Shown here: one piece after another, positions 47,812 through 57,664 of the stretch
How positions within the stretch are numbered: the stretch's first letter is position 1
Layout of the letters: each line of letters begins with the position of its first letter
Assembly (NCBI GenBank): GCA_044225365.1
Contig: JBGAIQ010000013.1
Coordinates: forward strand, 64,001-128,000
From: Planctomycetota bacterium
GTDB lineage: Bacteria; Planctomycetota; B15-G4; JADJEK01
Direction of reading: 5' to 3'
DNA: 64,000 nt
Notes under the pieces: model-generated
What the model was told of the DNA's origin: nothing
Databases searched by the model: none
What the model saw: the letters and a program-made list of their open reading frames with translations, nothing else
Translations under genes and position numbers: made by a program

Positions 47812-47826
47812 TGGCACGACGGATGC
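47812..47826 (+). promoter_or_regulatory. Putative sigma54 -24/-12 promoter
   Basis: TGGCAC-GACGG-ATGC (GG-N10-GC spacing), about 150 bp upstream of the lmo0937-like gene. Confidence 0.45.
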
Positions 47827-47978
47827 CATGCAGTCCCACCGCAAGACGATGCGCCGGTCCAAGATCGGATCGAAAGCGTGCGGCTCGCACCGGTTATGGG
47901 GCTCGTTCGACGATCGAACGAGCCCTGGGCCAAGAACCAGGTCCGCAGGCAAACCGGACCCACGAGAGGAATGTAGAA

Positions 47979-48128
47979 ATGCTGTACACCATCGCCGTCG
48001 TCCTCATCATCCTTTGGCTGCTCGGTCTCGTGTCGTCGTACACGATCGGCGGGTTCATTCACATTCTGCTCGTCGTCGCACTCATCATGATCCTCCTGCG
48101 GTTCATCGATGGACGTCGCGCCGTCTGA
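47979..48128 (+). CDS. lmo0937 family (DUF5670) small membrane protein
   Basis: MLYTIAVVLIILWLLGLVSSYTIGGFIHILLVVA. Confidence 0.9.
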   Translation: MLYTIAVVLIILWLLGLVSSYTIGGFIHILLVVALIMILLRFIDGRRAV

Positions 48129-48188
48129 TCTTCTCGCGAAGCGCTTGCGTCGCGAAATACCCCTTCTCACTGGTTCGAGGAAAGCGTC

Positions 48189-48395
48189 ATGAATCGCGGA
48201 CTCTCCGTCGCCTTGTTGGTCGTTGGAATCATTCTGATCGTTTGGGGCATGCGGGCCACCGACTCCATCAGTTCCGACATCTCCCGCGTCTTCACGGGTT
48301 CGCCGACCGATCGCGCCGTATGGCTCCTCGGCGGCGGCATCATCGCGGCGATCGTAGGACTGTTCGGCACGTTCCGAACTGCGAACTCGAACTGA
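48189..48395 (+). CDS. DUF3185 family small membrane protein
   Basis: LLVVGIILIVWG...SDISRVFTGSPTDRAVWLLGGG. Confidence 0.88.
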   Translation: MNRGLSVALLVVGIILIVWGMRATDSISSDISRVFTGSPTDRAVWLLGGGIIAAIVGLFGTFRTANSN

Positions 48396-48734
48396 CGGGG
48401 AGACCCCGTTCCTTCCGACACTCCTCGAGGATCGCGGTATTTCCCAGCGTGCTTCGTGTCGCCGCTCTTCTGAAAGGACGCACGGAGTCGCGCGTGGAAG
48501 TGGCGTTTCGTCTCTTCGTCGATCGAGTCGCGGAACATCTCCACTCCCTCGATCCACCGATCCCACCGCATCGAAGTGAGGCTCTGTGAGTTCCGCAGAG
48601 CCCTTCGCCTTGTCGATGTTGGCGACGACCTGCGATGCGAGCACGCCATCGACGGCGAAGATGTCGACGGTCGACTCGCCGCCCAGATCAGAGGCGATGA
48701 GTTGCTCGAGCAAGATCGATGCCCGCGCCGCGGT

Positions 48735-50039
48735 TCACTTCGAGTGCGGCAGAGTCATCACGAAGAAGTTCTGCGAGTTCGTGCCCGGGGCCTCGAACTT
48801 CTCGGTGCGCGAAGTGAAGACGAGATGCTTGCCGTCGCCGCAGAGCGCGGAGAAGTCGAGCGAGTCTTTCTCGGTGACGGAGTCGATCAAGTCGAGACGA
48901 AGCACCTCGGTGCTCTTCGTCACGCGATCGAAGCAGCGGGCCGAGTTGTAGCTGCCACCGACCTGGTCGTCGATGTCCTCGATCGCCTGAACGGAGAGGT
49001 AGCGTCCATCTTCGCTGATCGACGTGCGTGAGAGCCCGAGGGAGTGCGCGCCCTCCTCGAACGCTTCGCAGCGCGAGAGCGTGTTCGTGACACGGTCGTA
49101 GAAGAATCCGTCGACTCGATCCCCGTCGTGGTCATCGTTCGTGAGGTTGTTCGCGTCGGAGACGAATCCGACGTAGCGCCCGTTCTTCGAGATCGCCGGG
49201 TTGCGGCTCGCACCGTTCGCCACCGCGCCATTCACGCCGAGCGAAACGAGCGACGTGACGTGGGACTTTCGGTCGTGGACGAACACGTCGCTGTACGCGA
49301 GCGGTTCGGGAGCTCCTGCGGCGAGGTTGTGCGCCTTCGTCGCGAAGGTGATCACGCTTCCGTCGCCCGAGAGCGCAAAGCTATCGATGTCGGCGTCCGC
49401 GCCGACTCCGGCCGCCGTTTCGCTGATGCGCTCCATGGACTTCGACTTGGTGTCGAACACGAAGATCTGCCGTTTGCCGTTCGAGACTCCGTTCGTGAGG
49501 TTCGACGCGAGAGAACGGAACGCCACGACTCGACCGTTGCCGGAGATGGCGACCAGATCGCAGTCGAGGTTGCCGCCGCCGCCCGTCTGGATGGGCGTGC
49601 ACCGAATCCGCTGCTTCGTCTTCACGTCGTCGAGGTACACCTGGCTGAAGCCGTTGAAGGTGAAGCCCGTGTTGGTCGCTCGCGTGACGAATGCGACGTA
49701 ACGGCCATTGCTCGAGATCGCCTGGTCGGTCACGTGATCGTCGAACTCGTCGCCATTCGGCCCGAGGCTGACGCAGACGATCGCGTTCTTCGCGGTGTCG
49801 GCGCGAAAGAGCTGCGCCTTGCCGTTGCCGACGGATGGAACGAGGTTGTTCGCCGTCGAGCGAAACGAGATGTAGCGACCCGATTTCGATGGATGGAGAT
49901 CGAGCGCGGACACCATCGTCGAGCCGATTCCGGTGAACGCGAGTTTGGCGCTCGGGGCCGATGGAATCACGATGTCGCAAAGAGCGACGGTCGAGATCGA
50001 AAGGGCGAGGACAGCGGCGAAGTTGCACTTGCGATTCAT
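48735..50039 (-). CDS. Secreted TolB-like/PD40 beta-propeller protein
   Basis: Repeats ISSNGRYVAF, ISGNGRVVAFRSLASNL, ISKNGRYVGFVSDANNL; signal peptide. Confidence 0.85.
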   Translation of the reverse strand: MNRKCNFAAVLALSISTVALCDIVIPSAPSAKLAFTGIGSTMVSALDLHPSKSGRYISFRSTANNLVPSVGNGKAQLFRADTAKNAIVCVSLGPNGDEFDDHVTDQAISSNGRYVAFVTRATNTGFTFNGFSQVYLDDVKTKQRIRCTPIQTGGGGNLDCDLVAISGNGRVVAFRSLASNLTNGVSNGKRQIFVFDTKSKSMERISETAAGVGADADIDSFALSGDGSVITFATKAHNLAAGAPEPLAYSDVFVHDRKSHVTSLVSLGVNGAVANGASRNPAISKNGRYVGFVSDANNLTNDDHDGDRVDGFFYDRVTNTLSRCEAFEEGAHSLGLSRTSISEDGRYLSVQAIEDIDDQVGGSYNSARCFDRVTKSTEVLRLDLIDSVTEKDSLDFSALCGDGKHLVFTSRTEKFEAPGTNSQNFFVMTLPHSK

Positions 50040-50123
50040 GGGAGTCCATCCGAGGGGTCGGCGTTGCGAACTCTCGATGGATCCAGGCGGCCCGCGCGAC
50101 CGGCCCACGAATTCTGGGGGGAA

Positions 50124-50978
50124 TCACGGATCGCGAAGCAGCGCGGCGTAACCCTCGCGATACGACGGATAGCGGAAGGCGTACCCGCTCGCGCAGAGCC
50201 GGCGATTCGAGCAGCGCTTGCCGCCGCCGCGTGATCCGTCCTGCGACGGCGTTGGAACCGGCAGCCCGATGCGGTCCGCGACGTAGCGCACGACCTCGAA
50301 GAGCGGCGCGGGCTCGTCGTCGACCCCGACGTAGACACTCTCGGGATCCGACGAACGAAGGAGATGGCGCACGGCGCCGGCGGCGTCATCGCGGTGGATT
50401 CGGTTCGTCCACTGCGGTGGATCGAGGCGATAGCGAATCGTTCCGTTTCGCACCGCCTCCACGAAACGCGTGCGTCCGGGTCCATAGATCCCGCCGAGAC
50501 GGACGACGATCGATCGGAACGGGAAGCTCTGCAGCAAGAGCTCGCCTTCGCGCACGCGATCGACGCGCCCCTCGACAGCGATGGGGGGAAGCGGCGTGTC
50601 CTCGTCCACGCGGCTTCCGTCGTCCTGCGGATACACACCCGTGCTCGACGTGAAGACGATGCGCTGCGGAGCCTGGTCCTGCTGCGTCAGCGCGACGAGG
50701 AGATGGCGCAGCCCGTCGACGTAGGCCGCGCGATACGCCGCGTCGGACGAATCGCCCGCTCCGACCGCGTACACGACGGCATCGAGAGCCTGCGGCAGAT
50801 TCACGAGACTCGCCGAGTTCGAGAGGTCCGCTGCGAAAGGGACGATGCCCGGTACGTCGGCGTGCAATCTCGACACGTCGCGCCGCAGGCCGATCACTTC
50901 GTCGCCGTCCTCGATCAGCATCGAAGCGAGCCTCGAGCCGACGTAGCCGCAGCCTGCGATGAGGACGCGGCGCGTCAT
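50124..50978 (-). CDS. Atypical SDR/NAD-dependent epimerase (YeeZ-like)
   Basis: LIAGCGYVG, FTSSTGVY, RLGGIYGPGR, TNRIHRDD, FRYPSYREG. Confidence 0.88.
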   Translation of the reverse strand: MTRRVLIAGCGYVGSRLASMLIEDGDEVIGLRRDVSRLHADVPGIVPFAADLSNSASLVNLPQALDAVVYAVGAGDSSDAAYRAAYVDGLRHLLVALTQQDQAPQRIVFTSSTGVYPQDDGSRVDEDTPLPPIAVEGRVDRVREGELLLQSFPFRSIVVRLGGIYGPGRTRFVEAVRNGTIRYRLDPPQWTNRIHRDDAAGAVRHLLRSSDPESVYVGVDDEPAPLFEVVRYVADRIGLPVPTPSQDGSRGGGKRCSNRRLCASGYAFRYPSYREGYAALLRDP

Positions 50979-53434
50979 TTCATGCGCGCCATCGTGAGGA
51001 TCGAGTAGCGGATGCCGTAGAGCGCCATCTTCGAGCCGTCGTCGAAGTCGCGCATCGTCTCGGAATCGATGCCAAAACCGTTGTGCCCGACGAGCAGGTC
51101 GTTGTTGTGCATCCCGTTCACGTCGCCCGAATCCCAACGGAAGGCGAAGATCGCGCCCTGATCGGACTTGGCGAAGGCGACCGGAACGCGCGACAACGTC
51201 CACACGTCGTACATCAGGTTCGTGAGCCAGCCGTGGTCGAGCGCGGTATTCCCGACTTGCATGGTCCGCCACATCGTCATGAGGCCGTCCTCGCCCGGCC
51301 AGCCCGTGTGGAAGATGCACAGTTGCGCGTCGTCCTTGAACGTCACCTGCGGACGCGTGGTGCAGTGGTTCGTCGCACCTTCGCCGTGCGTCCAGATCGT
51401 CTCGTCCTGGACGAGCGCGTCCTTCTTGCGGGTGAACCACGACACGCGCATGTTGAACCGGGCGCCTGCGCTGTTCGTCCACGACGTGACGACCGCAATG
51501 CGACCGTCGCGCGGATCGCGAGCGAGGCCCGCGGGCACCAGCGAGTTGAGTTCGAGCGACTGCCACTTGGTGAGCGTGGGCTTTCCGCCCGCCCAATCGA
51601 ACCAGGCGGCGCTCAGCGCGCCTTCGCCGTCGCGGTGGATCAGCAGGACCCGAGGATCCTTCGCCTCGAGCCGCGCGCACGAGAGATCGCCGTCGAACAC
51701 GTCGGGCAGATCGACGAACGCGTCGGAGGTCGCCGCGTCGAAGCGGGCGGCGCGCCACCCCGTGCGTTTCCTCACGAACACGAAGCCGTCCGTTTCGCCG
51801 CCGACCGCGATCGGTTCGTCCTCCGTGGCGCCATTCTTGATCTCACGCGGATCGGCCCACTTCTCGGCGCCTTGATACTCGCGCACGAGCAGCCTTCCGT
51901 GCTCCTGGCCGCTGTAGAGCATGTACGTCTTGCCCGCGACGACGGCGAGAACGGGACCCGAACCCGAGAGTCCGAGATTGCGGCGCGTGCCGCCGTGCGT
52001 CGAGCCGCCGTAGTTGATGTCCGCCGAAACGGGCTGCTCGTCGAACTTGCCGTTCTGGTTCCAGTCGATCGCCGTTCCCCCTTTGCCGTCGTCCTTCAGC
52101 AGGAAGCGAAACGGCCCGGCTTCGAGGTACTTCAGATCGGCGTAGGGAAACGGCAGGTGCTCTTCGAGGTGATTCTCGTCGAGGACGATCGAGCGAAATC
52201 GGCCGTCGGAGAATCGTACGGCGTTGCCGTCGCCCCCGAGCGAATAGCTGAACGCGTAGTTCATGAGCGACGGGTAGAGCGGACACCACGCGGCGGGCGA
52301 GTCGCCGGTGTGCGAGAGCGACAACTGATGACCGAACTCGTGAGCGAAGACGGCGAAGCCCGTTCCGCAGCCGCCCATGTCGCCCGTTTCCTGCGCCTGG
52401 CCGCCGCCCCAGGGCGTGACCTGCATCCAGTGCATCAGGCCGCGCTCCTCGGGCTTCACGTGCGCGTTGCCGCATTCGGGCCACGAGCCGCCGTGTTGGT
52501 CATCCTTCGTGATGATGGGATCGATGCGAACATGCAGCGCGATGCCGGGCTTGCCGTCCGGGTTGCTCGTCTTCAACGCCGCGAAGAGTTCGGCGGAGCG
52601 CGCGAGTTCCTTGGTCTCCCCCGCGACATCGATGCCCTCGTACGGGCCGATGATGCAGATCACGTCCTGATGGAGCGGCGAGAGCTGGGTGCCAGGGCCG
52701 GCGTTCGCGCCGCGCGGCAATCCCTTCACCTCGAACCCGTCGAGCAGGCCGTCGTTGTCGGTATCGTTGTCGAGCGGATCGGTGCCGAGCGCGGCTTCCT
52801 CGGCGTCGGTCAGGCCGTCGCCATCCTGGTCGGGGTTCGCTCCGTTCGGCGCGATCAAGAGCCGTACGGCGCGATAGGGATGGGGGAGCGTGCAGTCGAA
52901 GATCCCGAGGTAGTCGGCGACGCCGTCCTTCGAGAAGTCGGCGCTCGCGACGAACAGGAGTTTCGCGCCGGGATCGTATGGCGGCGGGGCGAGCGGGAAC
53001 GGCGATTCGACCGGCTTGATCGGTGTCGCCGGGAGGGCGTCCTTGAACCGCGTGAGCTTGCCGTCCTTGTAGGAGCCGTAGCGCACTACGCGATCGGCAT
53101 AGTGCACATCGACCGCGGGCTCGGCGCCGGGCACGAACTCCAGCGCGGTCGCGCCGTCGTCGACCGCCTCGGCGAGGACCTCCCATCCCGACGCCTTCCA
53201 GCCGTTCACGGAGTAGGCGACGCAGAGCTGCTTCGGGCCGTTGATCGTGAAGACGTCCGCGAAGCCGTCCAGATCGAGGTCGCCCGCCGCGAACAAAGCG
53301 CAGTCGGTGCCCGTGAGCGTCCAGTCGTTCGTCTTGGGAGTGCTCGCTGGCGGCGCGGTGGGCGCGGGAGCGGCGGGCGCCGGGGGATCGTCACGGAGAA
53401 GGAGACCAGCGAGGAGGAACAGCACGGCGGACAA
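50975..53434 (-). CDS. Secreted zinc metallopeptidase-like protein with Ca-binding DxDxDG repeats and C-terminal propeller
   Basis: DQDGDGLTDAEEAALGTDPLDNDTDNDGLLDGFE; HEFGHQLSLSH and SLMNY (Met-turn); start approximate (TTG 53434 or GTG 53425). Confidence 0.75.
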   Translation of the reverse strand: MSAVLFLLAGLLLRDDPPAPAAPAPTAPPASTPKTNDWTLTGTDCALFAAGDLDLDGFADVFTINGPKQLCVAYSVNGWKASGWEVLAEAVDDGATALEFVPGAEPAVDVHYADRVVRYGSYKDGKLTRFKDALPATPIKPVESPFPLAPPPYDPGAKLLFVASADFSKDGVADYLGIFDCTLPHPYRAVRLLIAPNGANPDQDGDGLTDAEEAALGTDPLDNDTDNDGLLDGFEVKGLPRGANAGPGTQLSPLHQDVICIIGPYEGIDVAGETKELARSAELFAALKTSNPDGKPGIALHVRIDPIITKDDQHGGSWPECGNAHVKPEERGLMHWMQVTPWGGGQAQETGDMGGCGTGFAVFAHEFGHQLSLSHTGDSPAAWCPLYPSLMNYAFSYSLGGDGNAVRFSDGRFRSIVLDENHLEEHLPFPYADLKYLEAGPFRFLLKDDGKGGTAIDWNQNGKFDEQPVSADINYGGSTHGGTRRNLGLSGSGPVLAVVAGKTYMLYSGQEHGRLLVREYQGAEKWADPREIKNGATEDEPIAVGGETDGFVFVRKRTGWRAARFDAATSDAFVDLPDVFDGDLSCARLEAKDPRVLLIHRDGEGALSAAWFDWAGGKPTLTKWQSLELNSLVPAGLARDPRDGRIAVVTSWTNSAGARFNMRVSWFTRKKDALVQDETIWTHGEGATNHCTTRPQVTFKDDAQLCIFHTGWPGEDGLMTMWRTMQVGNTALDHGWLTNLMYDVWTLSRVPVAFAKSDQGAIFAFRWDSGDVNGMHNNDLLVGHNGFGIDSETMRDFDDGSKMALYGIRYSILTMARMK

Positions 53435-53655
53435 GCGGGGACTCCGGCAGCAAGGAGCGCGACGAGAGAGCGACCGGGCATTGTAGTCCCGGTTCGCGAA
53501 TTCGTCTCTCCCATCGCGATGCCGGCGGGGAACATCCGTTCCGACTCGAGAAGACAGGCGCGATCCCATGCGGCAAGGCAAGTTCGGGCGCCTATGATGG
53601 CGGGTTTCCCCGACCCCTTTGCCCCCATTTCACGGGGGCACCCGGCCGCGAATCG

Positions 53656-56600
53656 ATGATCCTGCTGCACATTGGTCTCCTCGACGGAGAGCTCGTCCTC
53701 TTCGGCGAGGCGCCGCTCGAACGCGCACTGCGCGGTCGCGTGGCGAACTATCCGTTCGACGCCGGCGTGAAGGGCCTCGAGTTCGCGCTCGAGCAGCTCT
53801 CCGTCGCGCCGCGTCGTGGGGTGGCGGCGCACCTCGCGGGGCTCCTCTGGGTGCCGACGCAGGGGGAGCAGCCCATTCCGTCGAGCGCGCTCATCTCCGA
53901 CGCCGCCGTCCTGCGCGGCGACACCGAGCTGAAGCCGTGGCGGATCACGCTCCGTCCGCTCGACATGGCCGCGGCCGCCAAGCTGCTCTTCGCGTGCGCG
54001 GGCAAGCGCAGCGTCGCTCCGGGCGTCGTCGTCGGCGATGACGTCGGCTACTGGCTCGACGCGATCCGCTTCGCGGCGTCGCTGGTCGCGCGACAGCGCT
54101 ACCTGCCGGACGTCGGTCCGAACAAGAACGCGCGCTGGATCGCGGTGATTCGCGATCAGGACGGCGAGATCTTCGAACGCCTCGCGCGCGATCTGCCGAC
54201 GATCTCCCGCGCGCTGACGGTCCACAATGCGAGCACCGCGCCGCTGCGCTCGCGCGCCGCGATGCTCCGCGAATTCCTCGATCACAGTGTCGAGCAGCTC
54301 GTGCGGCACTCGATCCCGCTCGTGCCGGACGCCGACGAGCCGATCGTCTACGGAAGCGATGACGAGTTCGACGACGGCGGCGTCCACGACGCGTGGCTCG
54401 AGGCGCTCGAGGGTGACGAAAGCGCGATCCAGTCGGGCGACGGCGAGATCCGCGCGCTCGAAGCGCAGGTGTCGCAATGGCGTCGCCGACTGTCGACGGG
54501 CGTTGCCGCGACCGTGCGATTGTGCCTGCGGCTCGAGCCGCCCGAGGAGCATGCGGCCACGGCGGCCGCCACGGGCCGCGGTTGGTACGTGCGCTACCTG
54601 CTCCAGCCGCACGCCGATCAGAACCTGCTCATCCCGATCCAGGATGCGCTGAACACCGGCGCGCGGCGCGTGCTGAAGCTCCCAGGCAGCAGCGCGGAAT
54701 GGCGCGAATCGATCCTGGCGTGGCTCGGACAAGCGGCATCGATCGCTCCGGAGATCGCGGACAGCCTGAAGGAGAAGGAAGCTCCGGGCTGCTGGCTCGA
54801 CGACGTCGGCGCCCATCGGTTCCTCACGTTGCACGCGATGGCGCTCGAGCAGGCGGGCTTCGCCGTCCTGCTGCCGAGCTGGTGGACGACGGGGCCGAGT
54901 CGCCCACAGATCGAAGTGCGCGTTCGCGCGAAGAGCCCGCCGATGCACGGCAACGGCACGCTGTCGCTCAACCAGCTCGTTGAGTTCGACTGGGAGGTCG
55001 CGCTCGGCGACGATGTCCTGGAGAAGGCCGAGCTCGAAGAACTCGCGCAGAAGAACGCGCCGCTCGTGCGCCTTCGCGGCAAATGGGTCGAGATCGATCC
55101 GGAGCGCGTCGCCGCGGCGATCGAGTATCAGCGAAAGTCGGCAGGCGAGATGTCGCTGCGCGATCTCCTGCGCCTTGCGTGCTCCGATCACGTCGACGAC
55201 CGAAGGCTCGTGTTCGGCGGCGTGCGCGCGACGGGTTGGGTGCGCGATCTCCTCGATCGCCTGATGGACCACACCGTGCTCGAGATGCTCGAGACGCCGA
55301 AGGGCTTCCTCGGGACTCTGCGCCCGTATCAGTCGCGCGGTTACTCGTGGCTCGCATTCCTGCGCAAGTTCGGCCTCGGCGCGTGTCTCGCGGACGACAT
55401 GGGCCTCGGCAAGACGATCCAGGCGCTCGCGCTGATCCAACGCGAGCGCGAAGCGGGCGAGGTGCGTCCGGTTCTGCTGGTCTGCCCAACGTCCGTCGTC
55501 AACAACTGGAAGAAAGAGGCCGAGCGCTTCACGCCGACGCTCACCGTCCTCATCCATCACGGCGTCTCGCGCAATCGCGGCGAAGCGTTCATCGAGGCGG
55601 CGCAGAAGCACGCACTCGTGTTGTCGAGCTACTCGCTGTTGCAGCGGGACATCGAATTCCTCGAGCGAGTGAACTTCGCGGGAGTGATCCTCGACGAAGC
55701 GCAGAACATCAAGAACCCCGAGACGAAGCAAGCGCGCGCCGCCAAATCGCTGCGGGCGGACTATCGCTCGGCGCTCACGGGCACGCCCGTCGAGAACAAC
55801 GTCGGCGATCTGTGGTCGATCATGGACTTTTTGAACGGGGGCCTGCTCGGCACGCAGCCGGAGTTCCGCCGCAACTACTTCGTGCCGATCCAGCACGAGG
55901 GCAACGCCGAAGCGTCGGCACGCTTGCGCAAGGTCACGGGACCGTTCGTGCTGCGTCGCCTCAAGACCGATCGCAGCGTCATCACCGATCTGCCCGAGAA
56001 GCAGGAGATGAAGGTCTACTGCTCGCTGACGCGCGAGCAGGCTGCGCTCTACGAAGCGGTGCTTCGCGAGACCGAGGCTGCGCTCGAGTCGGCGACCGGA
56101 ATCGGAAGGCGCGGTCTCATCCTCGCGACGCTCACGCGCCTGAAGCAGATCTGCAATCATCCCGCGCACTATCTCGGCGAGACGACGCCGCCCTCGATCG
56201 ATCGTTCGGGCAAACTCGCGCGCCTCTCGGAGATGGTCGAAGAGATCATCGAAGTCGGCGATCGCGCGCTGGTGTTCAGTCAGTACGCCGCGATGGGGCA
56301 GCTCCTCAAGACGCATCTCGAAGAGCAATTCGGCCGCGAGACGCTCTTCCTCCACGGTTCGATCCCGAAGAAGAAGCGCGACGACATGGTCGACCGCTTC
56401 CAGGCGTCCGACGATGGCCCGCCGATCTTCATCCTGTCGCTGAAAGCCGGCGGCTTCGGTCTCAACCTCACGCGTGCGAATCACGTCTTCCACTTCGATC
56501 GCTGGTGGAACCCCGCAGTGGAGGAGCAGGCGACCGACCGTGCGTTCCGCATCGGTCAGTCGCGGAACGTGCAGGTGCACAAGCTCATCTGCGCCGGCAC

Positions 56601-56748
56601 GCTCGAGGAGAAGATCGACGAGCTCATCGAGAAGAAGCGCGAGATCGCGCAGACGATCGTGGGCGGCGGCGAACAGTGGCTCACCGAGCTGTCGAACGAC
56701 GAACTGCGCGACATCATCTCGCTGCGCGCGGATGCGATCGGGGAGTGA
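53656..56748 (+). CDS. SNF2-family (DEAQ) helicase/ATPase
   Basis: LRPYQ, LADDMGLGKT, LDEAQNIKN, ALTGTPVEN, DRWWNPAVEEQATDRAFRIGQ. Confidence 0.96.
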   Translation: MILLHIGLLDGELVLFGEAPLERALRGRVANYPFDAGVKGLEFALEQLSVAPRRGVAAHLAGLLWVPTQGEQPIPSSALISDAAVLRGDTELKPWRITLRPLDMAAAAKLLFACAGKRSVAPGVVVGDDVGYWLDAIRFAASLVARQRYLPDVGPNKNARWIAVIRDQDGEIFERLARDLPTISRALTVHNASTAPLRSRAAMLREFLDHSVEQLVRHSIPLVPDADEPIVYGSDDEFDDGGVHDAWLEALEGDESAIQSGDGEIRALEAQVSQWRRRLSTGVAATVRLCLRLEPPEEHAATAAATGRGWYVRYLLQPHADQNLLIPIQDALNTGARRVLKLPGSSAEWRESILAWLGQAASIAPEIADSLKEKEAPGCWLDDVGAHRFLTLHAMALEQAGFAVLLPSWWTTGPSRPQIEVRVRAKSPPMHGNGTLSLNQLVEFDWEVALGDDVLEKAELEELAQKNAPLVRLRGKWVEIDPERVAAAIEYQRKSAGEMSLRDLLRLACSDHVDDRRLVFGGVRATGWVRDLLDRLMDHTVLEMLETPKGFLGTLRPYQSRGYSWLAFLRKFGLGACLADDMGLGKTIQALALIQREREAGEVRPVLLVCPTSVVNNWKKEAERFTPTLTVLIHHGVSRNRGEAFIEAAQKHALVLSSYSLLQRDIEFLERVNFAGVILDEAQNIKNPETKQARAAKSLRADYRSALTGTPVENNVGDLWSIMDFLNGGLLGTQPEFRRNYFVPIQHEGNAEASARLRKVTGPFVLRRLKTDRSVITDLPEKQEMKVYCSLTREQAALYEAVLRETEAALESATGIGRRGLILATLTRLKQICNHPAHYLGETTPPSIDRSGKLARLSEMVEEIIEVGDRALVFSQYAAMGQLLKTHLEEQFGRETLFLHGSIPKKKRDDMVDRFQASDDGPPIFILSLKAGGFGLNLTRANHVFHFDRWWNPAVEEQATDRAFRIGQSRNVQVHKLICAGTLEEKIDELIEKKREIAQTIVGGGEQWLTELSNDELRDIISLRADAIGE

Positions 56749-56752
56749 ACGG

Positions 56753-57652
56753 ATGGCGATGCCGGATCCCAACGACGACGAAGAAGGCGTGAAGAACGGC
56801 GAGGTGGCCGCGAACGGCGATCCCGTGCTCGGGGAGCCGACGGCGGCGGCTGCGGAGTCTGCGACTTCATCGATCCCCGTCGAATCCATCGCGGACGCTC
56901 CGCCGCGACCGCGTGCCGAACTCTGGCTGCTCGCGCAGCTCGAGGCGTTCGGCCAGCCGGTCCGCGATCCGTCGAAGCGACCGAAGGTCGTATCGATCGA
57001 GGTGAAGCGCGGGCTCGTGAACGCGACGCTGAGAACTGCACGGCGGAGCATCGTCGGCGTGAGCATCGAGGTGCCGGCGTTGCCGGATTCGGCCTGGATG
57101 CTGATCTCGAGCATCTTCTCCGAGCACACACTGATGGTGGCTCGCCTGCTCGCAGGCGAACTGCCCGAGTCGTTCCTCGCCCTCCTGTCGGAGAAGGGCG
57201 TTGCGCTGCTGCCGGGCAAGGACGACGGCGTCGTCGCCCATTGCGAATGCGACGTCCTGCTCGAGCGCTGCGAGCATCGGACCGCGGTCTTCGAACTCCT
57301 CGCGAGCGAGCTCGATCGCGACTCGTTCCTGCTCTTCCTGCTGCGCGGTCGCGAACGCGCGGAGGTGCTGAAGCTCCTCGGCGACGACGAAGAACACGTG
57401 CTCGGAACGGGCGAGGACGAAGCGCCCGGCGAACTCGAAGCGCTGCCAACGGATCCCGAGGCGTTCTGGGCCGCGCCGGTCACGGAGCCGCTGCATCTCG
57501 GCGAGGTGAAGGAGCCCGAGGTGCCTGCGGTGCTGGTGCGTCGCCTCGGCGAGTTCCCGTTCTGGCGCGGCACGCGCGCGCTCGTTCCGGCGTTGGAGCG
57601 AGTGTATCGCCGCGCGTCGAAGGCCGCGATCGAGCTCCTGCGCGGCGGCTAG
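56753..57652 (+). CDS. SWIM zinc-finger protein (SNF2 partner)
   Basis: CECD...RCEH and ELDRDSFLLFLLRGR; immediately follows the SNF2 gene. Confidence 0.8.
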   Translation: MAMPDPNDDEEGVKNGEVAANGDPVLGEPTAAAAESATSSIPVESIADAPPRPRAELWLLAQLEAFGQPVRDPSKRPKVVSIEVKRGLVNATLRTARRSIVGVSIEVPALPDSAWMLISSIFSEHTLMVARLLAGELPESFLALLSEKGVALLPGKDDGVVAHCECDVLLERCEHRTAVFELLASELDRDSFLLFLLRGRERAEVLKLLGDDEEHVLGTGEDEAPGELEALPTDPEAFWAAPVTEPLHLGEVKEPEVPAVLVRRLGEFPFWRGTRALVPALERVYRRASKAAIELLRGG

Positions 57653-57664
57653 GCGGCGAGCGGC

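Noticed and set aside
53206-57573. 1455-aa minus-strand ORF
   Set aside because: Antisense shadow of the SNF2-SWIM genes. High GC suppresses stop codons and the translation has no recognisable motifs.
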